In this document: piece by piece, positions 1 through 12,867 of the stretch
Layout of the letters: each line of letters starts with the position of its first letter
How positions within the stretch are numbered: the first letter of the stretch is position 1
Origin: Trichoplax adhaerens
Taxonomy: Eukaryota; Animalia; Placozoa
NCBI RefSeq assembly: GCF_000150275.1
Contig: NW_002060946.1
Coordinates: forward strand, 7,359,973-7,423,972
Length of the DNA stretch: 64,000 nucleotides
Direction of reading: 5' to 3'
Notes under the pieces: model-generated
Seen by the model: the letters and a program-made list of their open reading frames with translations, nothing else
Database searches by the model: none
What the model was told of the DNA's origin: nothing
Made by a program: the position numbers and the translations under genes

Positions 1-1988
1 CTTTATGATAGCATACTATGAGCTTTGCGAGATTTTGTTAGCCATTTCTAAAATACGGAACAAGGTAAACATTAAATTAGATATTGCTCCTTTCATAACA
101 TTTAAGATACTTTTTGTTGGACGTCAGTAGTATTTTGGTAATTATAATTAACTATAAGGAGTACAATAAAACCAAATTGTACATTTATTTCGGTGCAGAA
201 TTACTTGTGCTCTCTCTGTAATATACGTAATTTCCTAATCTCTGAACTATTAGATTAAAGCGGCCACTTTGGCGATAGTTTACAAAATAAGAATGATCGA
301 TGCAAGATGAGGTCACGACTAAGCGTCGTATATTTTCTCAGAGAAGCTTCTAATACAAAATTAATTGCACTAACTTCATTATTTAACCTTTCTAGCATAA
401 GCAGTGTAACTTTAAAACATTAAGGATGAAAAGAAGGACTTTAAAGTACCATATACATACAGTTTAACGATTAGTTAAAATCAGGGTTAAAAACTTGCCA
501 ACTCATACTATACCAAAAGTCCAGTAATAGATCACACAAAAGCCATGCGAATACGGGTCTGTACAGGAAGATTAATATCGACTAATAGCAGTCTTTACGA
601 TATCTGTTAGATCATAAAATTGCTGTTTACTAGCAAGAACTTTACTTAAGGTGAATATTTTACTACTAGATAAGATTTATGCTAGGATTAACTGTTATAG
701 CAACTCATTTTAGATTTGCGATAAGAGATTTCATACTAATAATATTTAGTCATAGTCTTAATGTAATATGCTTAATCTTAAGAATACTGTTACAGATGCT
801 GTTCTGGCTTCGAAATTTAGATGGACTACCGAATATAGGTACTCTATGACTGTTAATCATAGAAATATATCAAATGAGAACTGCTATAATACTCTAGTAA
901 AATTCCATTGCTCTACGACTTCATAAAATAAGTTGCAAAACTGCACAAGTGCACAAGCTAATACATGGCGAAGCATTAATTCAATGTGTGACAGCATGTA
1001 CATTACACATGCAATTTAATGGCAATTTACTAAATGAGATATTATACAAAATGTCTGATTTAGCAATTGTCGCTAATAATTGTCTTTTTAAGGAAAAGCA
1101 TGACTCATATTACGACCACAGAAATTATTACAGTGTTCACTAAACAAGCACTAAGGACAGTAAAAAAATTAGGGATAATGTAATATTAAAAGCTAAATTT
1201 ATTCGAGACGATGGTACAAACTTATAAAAACTGACCTATCAACCAATCCCCTCTGCTATACGAGTCCATTAATCATGAAACTCTCAGGCTTATAATAGTG
1301 AACGTAAAGTAAGTATGTATCTGCATAGATAAACGATATCACGAAATTGATAAAAATTCTTCAAGTATTATTTTAATTTAGAATGAAACCAATGATTTCT
1401 AATATCAGACTATCATGCTATTTTTCCATATTTGTATCTTAGTTATATATTTCGCTGCACTGCAGAGCTATGCTACATTCGGGAGCAAATAATTATCTAC
1501 GCTAACATTTATGTAATTATACACTTGTGATAGTATATCGACAATATCCTTGTTTGAATAGTCTGTATTAAAATGTGATATGATATCTGGACACTAATTA
1601 ACGAACCTAATATCAAAAGAGTCTAGTAAGAATTTCTTCTTACCTAACAAGTCTTACTATATGGTAGTCACTATAATATAGAAAGGTAATTTGTAACACA
1701 TTAGCAAAATTTTATCTCATCTTTCTATTACTTAACTGCATTAGCAATACATCTTAAACAAATACGTGTTAACCGCTTTTATTTTTACCTTTGGCACAAT
1801 TAATAAATAAAACTATCGAATTCCTGTAGTTGAGCTTATTGTAATTGGCCTTTTTAAGATTAGCGTTCAAGTACATAATTGAATGCACTCTAAATTTCGT
1901 ACGAATATTAGTGATCATGATTCTTATAAATTTTTATTAATAAATACTAGTTGGCAACTATTCGCAAAGAATTTTAACGCAAACACCG

Positions 1989-3210
1989 AAATGTAACGTT
2001 CTTAATATTATTTCAATGAATAAAGCACCTTACTACTAGTGTTCCACATACTATGATAAAACAGGTACTTGCAATGTAACTGTAGTAATTAGATCTTTAT
2101 ATTTATAACTGCGTAGTAACTTTTACTGATTCTATTTTCGTGTTTAAATGCTTTTCTTTCGTAGCTTGGCATTAATGATTGATTCTCCCTGGGTAATCTT
2201 CACTGAGTTGATGTGGTTATACGGATATTCAATTAGTAATTATTCGATGTAACCAGTGACAGAGAAGTGATGATAAGTACTACAAGTTCAAATTCTGTTG
2301 GCCGTTGTTTTAACCAAGTTTTGGGATATTCATGATTGATAAAGTTAATAATCGATCTAGCGAAAGCCCGTTCAATTAGAAAACATGTCGGAAAATGTTT
2401 GTGTTGCTATGGTTATTATAAATCACCACATCAACGTGAACAAATCAAAAATCGAAACATCAAAATGTAACGTTTTTAATATTATTTTAATAGCACACCT
2501 TATTAATGTTATAATTCAAATGCCTGCATTGTTACTGTGGTAAACAGATCTCTATATTTAAATTCCGTGGTAATTTTTACAGATTCTGTTAATGCGTTAA
2601 GATGCTTTACTTTCGTAGTTTTACATATAAGTCTGATTCTCCTTACATAATATTCATTCAGTTAATATAGTTACACGAATATTTGCTAGTAAGAATCAGA
2701 TGTGGTTAATAGTGTTTATCGTGTATGATTTCATTTTAAGGTACTTTGTTTTTTCATTAATCGATGTAAAGATAGAAGTTGCTAAAGATTATGAAACTAC
2801 GGTACAATGCCTGATCCTAGCTGTGTCTGCTTATAGCAATCGTTACTCAGTACTGGAAATAGACGCGAAAAATTAAATTATATGTAGAGGCAAAGTGGGT
2901 ATTGGTATACCAATATTTGCGGTGGATAAATAACACAGTGTCACGAATTTTACGAGATTTTTTGTAGCACGTTCGTCTTTAACAAGTAGGAAGGTTTAAA
3001 AGACATTTATGCTTAGAATCAGAGAAGTACAGGCAAGCGTTTAAAGATTCTAATTCTGTCGGCCACTTTTATAGTTAAGTATTCAAGCATGATTCATATA
3101 GTTTCTAATGGATCCAGCGTAAGCCGGTGCAATTGGAAAACATGTGGGAGAACTTTTACCTCGTTAGGGCTATTATAGACCATTCTGTCAAAGTGAGCAA
3201 ATCAAAAATC
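1989..3210 (+). repeat. Degenerate local direct duplications (~1989-2260 vs ~2463-2700; ~2270-2450 vs ~3020-3210)
   Basis: Shared blocks aaatgtaacgtt.ttaatattattt, agatct.tatattta, attctgt.ggcc, caatt.gaaaacatgt, gtga.caaatcaaaaatc. Confidence 0.7.
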
Positions 3211-3433
3211 TGTTTAAGATTTCAATTTGGATCTTTTCAATTGCTATTTGATACACCTTTGCCTTGTTAATTAGTTATGATGTCTTTGGATAAATTAATT
3301 CATTCATTTAAAATCGTCTTCTTTCAGAAATCACTGGCTAATGGTGATTCTGGCTCTGATTTTCTTTTTTGTCAATAATTTCGGTTGAGGTATAATCTAA
3401 ACCTTTTCTAATTGCATTAGAAGAAATAACCAA

Positions 3434-5074
3434 TTAAATTTCAGAATGCAAGAGCTGTAAAGGAGCATTTGAATTTCGAGGATATAACCCAGTAGCTTTA
3501 AAGCCATTAATCAAAAAATTGGCCATATCTGGGTTTAATTGGTTCCATAAGTCGTTCAACAACTTGGGAAAGTGAACCATGATTGTGCTATTTCCCTGAT
3601 GCGTTTCTTTCAGATATTTAGACAATATAGCTTTCCATGCTGTTTCGCATGATTTAAAAATATGATCTAGGGGCTGCTTTAGATTAAATGCCTTCCTGGA
3701 CAGATATGCAAAGCATACACTATTTTGTCGAGCCAACTGGACTAGGTGTGGTGAGAAATGACTGCTGATGCTATCACCAATAACAAGCTTTTTCCCAGGA
3801 CGATCCTTAGTGTATGCTAGTAGAATACATTCAAACCACTGCTGGAAAGTGTTCATGTTAAACCAGCCTAATTCAGTGTTTGAATAGATAGTGCCTAGTG
3901 GTCCACCAAGTGTCCATGAAGGACATAAATGGGGGGACTTATAACAAACGAAAGGTGGTAGCCATTCTCCAGTCGCTGATCCACAAACCATTACTGATAC
4001 ATGGGTGCTATTTTTAATATGGTCCCTAACTAACTCAATTTTACGTGTACCTCTATAATAGATGACTTCTCTCATATTCGGGTCAATTGGGATAATGATT
4101 TCGCCAAAATTGAATAAGTTTTCACGTTCAATATCGCCCACCGCTTCCAGCCTCAGATAAAAATCTGATATATACTCGCATTCCTTATCGATGGCAAGTT
4201 TAATCGCTTTCATTTTCCTTGTAGGTCTACTCGGCAAGGTGTTCTTTGCTTGTCTATTCCGTAAGTTATTCCTTGTCATAAATGAAGTAACGAAGTCTCG
4301 GCCTGGATAATTGTTTCGAAAACGCTCAACAGTTTTTCCGTTCATATCAAGATAATTTTTAATTATTTTTCGAATTTCAAAATAGTCCAACTCGTAACCC
4401 CAGGATAATATTTGACTAAATGTATCCGAGATTACATTTTGCTCAGCACGAGTTAGTTCTGATGGTCTACCGACTCTCCTTTTATTGCCTTTCATATGAT
4501 CTCGAATCGTACTTGCCGGTATATTATAGGCTCTTGAAGCTTTAGCTATAGGCATGCCAAATTTAATTGCTGTTAAAGCTTTTTGTAGCTGGTCTGTGGT
4601 ATAGCGTCTGTTATGTTTAACTGTTACAACTGGTTTAGACCGCGAAATCTCTATACTTTTTTTACGAATCAAAGCTTCATTATTTAGCTGTAAATATAAG
4701 AAAATGTTGTTAGGTTAGCAATACATCACCTATCGCAAATTCAACACTTGCTTCATTTATGCAGATTATCTGAAATATTAAATGCGGATGTAGAAGAAAA
4801 GTCAGTATGTGTAGTAGTTCAGACATGATAGTATGTTGTAGATGATAATATATTAATCGTTTAAGATTTCTATTGCAATAAAGATAAGAAAAAATATGCG
4901 ATTAAACTTGAAGTCCGATGATAGTGTTAAGCTTAGTAAGACGTTTTTTAACAAAGAGAATTTGATCTTAGAGTCAAAAAGCAAAATTACGTTATTGCGA
5001 TTTCTCCTGGGTGAGTGGTAGCTCAGTAATTGACTAACCTTCTTCAAACTGGTTGTGTTAGAATTTTGAATCAT
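3434..5074 (-). CDS. Pogo/Tigger/CENP-B (Jerky-like) transposase-derived protein: HTH_psq + CENP-B-type HTH + DDE_1-like domain, probably domesticated
   Basis: ORF 3434-4672 has an N-terminal psq-type HTH (YTTDQLQKALTAIKFGMPIAKASRAYNIPASTIRD), GRPSELT, PGRDFVTSFMTRN, and DDE_1 motifs (VSVMVCGSATGEWLPPF, GWFN..F.QWF, LVIGDSISSH, QPLD). The ORF has no ATG. The probable first coding exon is 5074-5039 (MIQNSNTTSLKK|gttagt), spliced in phase 0 to the acceptor before 4687. This 5' exon is inferred. Confidence 0.85.
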
Positions 5075-7443
5075 TTTTCCAGGCTCGAAATAGGCCCTTG
5101 TGGCCTCTATCTTAATGAATAGGTTGTGATGCAGATCGATCCTTTAGAGCTACCAAAGTAATAGCTTTATAGCAAGCTGTGAGTGCAAAGCATTAATAAC
5201 ATTATATTCAGAAACTTTCGAAGTACAGTTACAATTTAGATTTTTTGTCGTAAATATTGGATGCATGGATTTTATGGCAATTAGTGCTAACTGATTTCGA
5301 CTGTGTGCTATGTGAAGGAAATGGTAGACAGTAAGAAAACCCTTGTTAGGCGAATAGGGTTTAATGTTTAGTTTATCGGATTCAGTAAATATATTTAACA
5401 ATGTTACGTGTTGCATGATGAACTTAACGCATTAGTGATATGGTTCAGTCTTGGAGTTTAAGTTTAACCTTAAGCTATAGAATCCAATATTTGCCAATCA
5501 AATCTAAAAATTGTAGCTTAGCTTATGAAAAATTTGTTCCTGGATGGTCGAGCATTAAAATTTATGCTCATTTAAACATGGTATATGGCTTACCCTGAAA
5601 TAAAGATATTGTAGATTGGTCAATTGCTCACTTGAGATACTGAAGCACACCCTTCTAATCTTACCTTCTTATGCAGCCGTTTTAGAGATTTTCTCTAACA
5701 ACTATTCTGTGCGTTCTTTCGTCTAGCTAATAGATAAATCAGACCTTTCAATGATGCAAATTGCATACATAACGTAAGCAAAAATACACAGTATGTAGGG
5801 AAGGACTAAGTTATTGTAACTTTAGAGGGCCTACGATTTCAGCTCTTACAAATACATTATAAGGTCATATGCCGACAGGGAGTTTTGTGTCTTACAGAGG
5901 GAATGGAGAAACTTTCCCCTTTACTCTACGAATACGTTTCCTGAGATCTACATAATTGTATATGGCTCATCAACGGTAGTGGTAGCAGAATAATATATGA
6001 AGAAAAGTATATCGCATTTGCAGGATCGACAGATCAGAATTTACTGTATGTAACGGAATCCTTAAGCTTTGATGAAGGTTGGAAAACTGTATAATTAGTA
6101 GATTAGATGGTACTGACTTTTACGAAACTGTTTTGTTCATAAAATAAGATGGATAAGGAATGTAATTTATATCAGATATTGGTTGATACCATACCATGAC
6201 TAAGCATGCTATTTTTACTCCGAGAAGCTGCTAATATGAAATCAATTGCATTAACTTTATTATGTAATCTTTATAGGTGAAATTTTAGCTTTTAGGTAAT
6301 AAAATAAAAAGAATGATTTTAAATTACAGTACAGTATATAGCACAGTTTGACGAAGAATTGATTTTGGGTCTAAAAGCTTACCAACTTAGACTCTACCAT
6401 GACTGCAGAAATGATTTAACCTTCGTTATACAAATATGCTCAGTAGGGATTTATATGGAGCAAAAGCCACATTTGCTATATCAATTTCTTCCTAACATTG
6501 CAGTTTACTTGCATTTGGCGTATACTGTATCTTACTGTTAGATAAATGTTTGTACTAAGATTTGCTTTTAAGTACAATTGAAGAAGTAATATATAGTAAA
6601 ATTGTTGGGATTCAATCTCAGGCTATTAACTGCTGTTCAAGAAATGATTGAGTAGTTGAAATAATTGGTTATGGTAACCTAAGTGTAGTGTTCTGCTAAA
6701 CTGCGGGGAAGTTTTGATAGGAGGTGCATCTGTTCTAATTCTGAGTTTAGTGCGAAGATTTTGCAGTGTTGTTAACGTATAAGATAAGAGGCATAACCAG
6801 ACTACTTAAGAATTAATTCTGGGAAGTTATATCGAAGAGCTGCAATAAAATCGAAGGTAGAATTATATTCGTCCATTTTCTTTATAATAAAAATATCGTT
6901 AAAGTACAGTACATGAGACTGCACTGTTTACTTCAATGGTAATATTTCTGTAAAAATCAATATTTTCCGGAAATACTATTAGATAAGTTCTAGTGCCAGA
7001 TATACTTTAAACCAGTAAAATGATTTGTTCAGTTTTTCAGGAAATGAAATTATCTGAAAATATCGACCTGGAAGCTCCATATTAACATAGTTTCATAATT
7101 TATTAACTTGGAATATAGAAAGTTTATAGCTTCATGCGAAAACATGAAAGTTTTAAATGATCAGAAATAAGAATAAAAAGAAGCTATTTACGAATTGTTT
7201 AGGAACAATTCACTGCAATTATACTGAAATTTATGTGACTGTAAAAAGTAACTACTTTGATGCTAATGATTTCTTATCCTCAAAAATTAAGATCGCCTTA
7301 AAGCAGCGATAGTAATGCAAAAATGATAAATCTTTCAACATTAATTAATTGCATAAATCATACATATTCTAAAGGTCTCTTATGCGATTTTTCATGGATT
7401 TTTGGCTAAAATTAATACGCATTTTGTGAATATCAACCTCATA

Positions 7444-10169
7444 TTAATGACGAAATACGGTTGTAATTTTTCTTCTGAACATTGTTATATCCTAAGTTAA
7501 ACAAATCATATAGCAGTCAACATAAATAAAACTAATGTAATGTAGTTTATTGTAACTAATCGCAAATCTGTAGTTATAATAATTTAGATATATTCTATCT
7601 GTCTGATTATAAAAGTTTTATTAGTAAAGGTAGTTTAAGATATAGGCTTGACTTACTGTAAATAAAACCAAACTAAGGAGTGCTGCCTTCAAGTTTATGT
7701 CCAAATCGACCGAAACTAGAGTATAAGTTACATATAGGCAATGAGTTAAAAAATCAGGTATCATGATAAATGCACGCTTTGAATTAATTGAGTTATATCG
7801 TTAGTATAAAGGCTTTTAACCCAAATCTAGCTGTAAAACTAGGGTAGCATATATTATCTCGAACTAAGTAATATTTTAGATATATAGAAATTATTCAATT
7901 ACCGTGTGTATCAAAAAAATCTTGGTAGGCATCGCCATTCTTACCAGACCAGTGCTTAACTAACTAACCAATCGACTGATCTTTATTCGCCAACTGAATC
8001 TATTATAATTGTCAAATAGTAATAGAAAATTTATTATTTAATTACTAGATTTCACGATTACGGTATAGCGTATTATGGTCTGTTAATACGACAATATTCG
8101 GATTTCGTTATTAAAAATTAAGTAGCCATTAGGCCTTGGCTTTAAGTTTTATAGCGAAATGCAGAGGAAAATAAAATAAATTAAAGCAGTGTAAAGTATA
8201 ACACATCTCTACTGTATAGATTGCTTACTAAATATCACAAGTCATATTGATGCAAAATGAACTATGCAATCGGATTATATTCGTTAAGAACAAGATATAA
8301 ATTGCATCATTACTCAAAGGGAAGGGTCTTCAAAATAGAACAGCCTAATAATACTACTGCTTCAAGCCCTTGAATTCACGAGCTAGTTTTACTATACTTT
8401 ATTATTTAACTAATTGTGTAATTCATAATTATTGATCCTTCAGGCATATTTTGCTTTAACTGGATATTACATTCTATTGCTGCTTGAAATGTCAATCCTG
8501 TTAAAGAATGCTCACTTTTATTTAGCTGCCTATGAATTGAAAACCAGCCTTTCGCAATAAATTTAAGCATTTAACGAAAATTACTTGTAGATACTCATTT
8601 CAGCTTGGAAATTGGCCTAGCAAGGTTGAGAATTATTATATATGTCGCGTGAAATGAAAAATACTTTTGCAATTGTAGTAACTCATCAGAATGCTATTTG
8701 GAAACTGTATTACTTTCTTACTATCTTGATTTTTCTTACTTTTGAATTTACTAATTCGCTTGATTCGGTTATTTATTATTTACTTTAATTTAATACCTCA
8801 AATATGAAGTCTCTGGGATCTTTCAGTCCATTACGAATATCATTATTTCCTTGAATCATCAGCTGTGTGTAACCAGCATTATCCATAATTTCAAAACAAG
8901 GACACGCCATCGAAGCGCTAAAATGGAAAATAACGTTATAAATTAATTATGGATAAGATGCAAACTACAAAGTTGGTACATGAGTTGCATTAAATAACAG
9001 TAGCGATAATGAAGCTAATGCAAAGTTGAAATGTTGCTTTCGGATGAAAAATTAAATGATATCTTACCGTGCCCGAATAAATGGCGATAAAAGAAAACAA
9101 GTGAAGTGAAATTAGAAAAGCTAATAAACAGCCTAGATAAGTTATTATAAGTTGCTAAGTAGAATTAAATTACGTTTGCTTAATTGTAGCTAAGTGTTTG
9201 CCGGGCGGTGATTCGACCTTGATTTCATTTAAGTAACCCGGCATGCGACAACAACAGCAACATTTACATTGATCTGACCAAGAAAAGTGGATAATTTCTG
9301 CTTCAATTACATCATAAATTCTCCCTTCATGCAAATGGCTTGGACTATTACAGCGAGCGACAAAGTCTTCAACTGAAATGTGAAGGAATAAATATTTAAG
9401 CTCCAGTTATTTTTATAACTTTTTTGCTATGATGTAATAATGCTTTCATTTAAACGGTTTTTAATTACATTAATTAGCTAAATTAAATATAGTGTAATAA
9501 TTTAACTGTAGTATTTTTATCTTTTACCTACACCAGCCATGTATACCGCTTGTCCGGATGGATTCTTAACCGAGAATTTATGAGCCACGCCAAAATTTCT
9601 AGAAACTTATGAAAGGGCAAACTTTAGAGTTTTCTAGAATTAAGAATTTTTAACGTAATGCAAGAATCAAATACTGAAGGATGTATACAGTAAGAATTGA
9701 TCGGCATTGATTAATTTAGACCGGATTGATTAAGTTAGTAAGCTCATGCCATGGGACAAGGATTTAAAATTTATGGTCTTACTTTCCACAGTAATGAACT
9801 TATCAATTAAAATATAATTATCGATTTACACTAACATTCAAATAGCTCGACTTGATAATGAACAAGCCATTGATGAAGTGGCTGCAAATATGACAATCCT
9901 GGCGAGCAATTACCAATCGTAGCTGCAGGCATAGGCATCCATTCTACATGCTGTGGTCTTTCGCCTGGCTGTTGATTAATGAAAGGTAAAACAGGAGAAA
10001 AACCGGGATCCGAATTACCAGAAGATAAAGGCAAATTATTTTGCGGTTCTTGAACTATCGCTGCGGCAGCATCATGAAGACTTTGCTCTCCAGCTCTGCC
10101 ATGGCTACCAGTTCTAACTGCTACATCACTAAATCGGCTGTATCCCTTGCTTTCATTCGACTTGAGCAT
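7444..10169 (-). pseudogene. Divergent phospholipid scramblase paralog, 7 exons, with an in-frame TAG in exon 5 (pseudogene, null allele, or rescued by an alternative acceptor)
   Basis: Exons 10169-9836, 9605-9528, 9372-9174, 8917-8797, 7993-7903, 7715-7657, 7491-7444 have GT-AG borders and the same intron phases as the neighbouring scramblase (exon 2 = 78 nt and exon 6 = 59 nt in both). Motifs: WMPMP..CSPGLSYL, CKCCCCC, VESPPG, KHWSG, DLDINLKAALL. TAG lies at 7966-7964. Confidence 0.75.
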
Positions 10170-10499
10170 CGTTACCAAGCACTCGTCTTCATTAGAATCG
10201 ATTGCTGTCTTTCTCAAAATCTTTTTTATTTCTTTTTATTACTCCTATTATGATTATAGTTAAGAATCCCTATTCATGCACACTACCTATTTGTAACTTT
10301 AGTTTATAGCCTCTCCAGGAAAAGCTCGATGCAATAAAGAGGCTTCACTATCAGGTTCCCTAGATTAATTGGATTAGACTTCTCAACGTCCGCCAGTCTT
10401 TTTGTACGTCATCAACTAATGAGCTAATTAATTATCCCATATGCTGATGTTGATTACCTAATCAAATTCATAATTACCGTTACCGATACGTTTTTAATG

Positions 10500-10576
10500 A
10501 TACTGTACGGCTACTATGCGGCTACTGTAGGGTTGCTACACGAATACTGCAGCGATATTGTGTCGATGCTATAATC
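10500..10576. repeat. Degenerate 11-bp minisatellite (~7 units)
   Basis: atactgtacgg ctactatgcgg ctactgtaggg ttgctacacga atactgcagcg atattgtgtcg atgctataatc. Confidence 0.55.
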
Positions 10577-12867
10577 AATATTACTCCTGAGTGTAGTGCA
10601 TAATGTCGGCCATGAAGAGTTCTATATTGTATGGTGTTTCAATACAGATTCGAAACCGTCTTCGTCGAGACTCTCGATATCTAGATCTTGTTGTAGGAGG
10701 TCGAAATTAGAGTTGATCATTTAGTGAGATGATGAAAGCTGTAGCTAATATAGCTTCCGATCACTGAAAATAGGAGTACAGTATCTGGATGTATTTCTCG
10801 TAGAAAATAGTATTTCTACATTGATGTATAATGATATTAATCGGTGGCAGCTTGTTATAATATCGTATTAGACTAAATGTATAAAATCGAAAGAAAATAA
10901 TCAACAGATTGCACAGGTGGAGTTTGGCACAAATATATCAGGAAGCGCATTTCTACTTAATTTGCATAGGTAGTGAAAGTAGTGTCGCTTGGTAGCAGTC
11001 TTACAGTACGGTAGAAGGTTTTACAGAAATCAGAGAAAAAGAATTCATTGTAAGAAACGGTGTCGTGGAATGGATTTATCTAAGTAATAATATATTGTCT
11101 TATTTCAATGCTTGAATGATAGCTGTGCATTGCGGCAGTAAATTTTAAAATTGAACTAGAAAAATTGAAAAAGGTCTAGCAAGGCATCGTTACAAGTTTA
11201 AACCGTAACGTAAGATCGCAGCCAAATAAGGATAATAATATTAATTAGTGCAATCTTGGGGCAACTTTAGAGTACTTTAACTTATTAGCGCTCATTTAAG
11301 TAAAAGATATCTTTATTTAGATTATGTATTTAAGATTGCTTTTGCTAAACTTTGAAAATTTGCCTTAATAAAAATGTATGGTAGAGCTGTCGTAATAAAT
11401 TTGAGAAAATGATTGGAATATTTCAGAGAGTATTTGAAAATACTTTAAATTATATTGAGTAATATAATATGCACGCTATACTGCAGAGTAATCCTAACAG
11501 ATCGTATTTACGGGCAAGTTTGTAGAATAATACAGGCATCTTTTTTCACTATTTAAATGATTCTTGGCAGATGAATTAATTTATAAAATTTGATGAAGCC
11601 CAACGATAAAATTTCTGTATATTAATTTTGAAACTTATTGCACATACATGCTATATGCTGGCAGACTTCATAGTCATTTGTTTTACTAATATCTAAATGT
11701 GTACCATTCTTGACATGCTCTATGCTCGTATTGTCTTATTGAAGTCATACAAGAAAATTAGCTGCAAGTAAAGAGCGAATATTTCTTACTAATCCCAATA
11801 ATTACGACTCAATGTTTTGATGTCAAAATCTTACAGGTGTTCTACGTTTCAATTTGATATGATCAACACTTAGATTCCCAGCATGATATGGAAAGGTAGC
11901 GTTTTTTAATGAGAAATAGTAAATTGTGGCATATAAATGATTCTACAATTAGAGAATTTTTTAAGGAAAGTAGGTGTTACACCATCTATAATTGTTCAAT
12001 ACTTTAAGTATACCTCCATGAGCAAGTAGAAATATCAGAATTATACAGTAGTAATCCTTACTAGTTGGAAAACGTTAAGCAAAAATTAAAGCTAAATGAA
12101 TGACAGTGAAAGATTGACGAAGCACTGCAAGATTTATGGAGAGAAAGAAAGTTTACACACGATTTAGCAGACGAATAATATATTATTATTTGTAAAGCGC
12201 GAAGTTACTTGATTATAAAAGTAATGATTTTTCAAAACTGATGTTGATTCTGTTGATTAAAAATAGACAACATATCAGTTTTCTCAAACTTGTGCATTAA
12301 ATTAATAAACTATCTTAGATTTTAAAAAATATTAATTATGCTACTTTTACTTGCAAAAATACTCTCATTTTCGTAGTTTTTAAATGTTCAATAAAAAGCT
12401 TCACCCATTAAACTTAATAAAGATGACAATCGCTGCAAATTTAGAATTAATTAAGCTCTTGCTGGTGTAGTTCAATGAAAGCAAAGTCAACTTTCTTTCA
12501 TCGATAAATTTCAATTTCTCATAAATTTTAGCGCTATATGCAACTCTAAAAATATTCTTATAAGTAATAAGCAATTATCTACATTGCCTTGAGATAGTGC
12601 TAAAAATGTATAGAAATTCGTTTTCTAGCGTTTGACCAGAGGGTCATCGTTCGTTATATTTTATATATACTGTTAAATTTTACTAGCTATGGATATGTTA
12701 TGATGAGTAACAATTTTAAGCCTTATAAGAAGCTAACTAAGAATATTCTAAATCAGTAATGTTTGAGTTTCTACATTAGTAATTAATTAGAGATAGCCCA
12801 GGTGTAATTTCATTTTAAGTGGATCTTATCTGATGATTCTGAAGCGAAATAATTTTATCTACAACTT

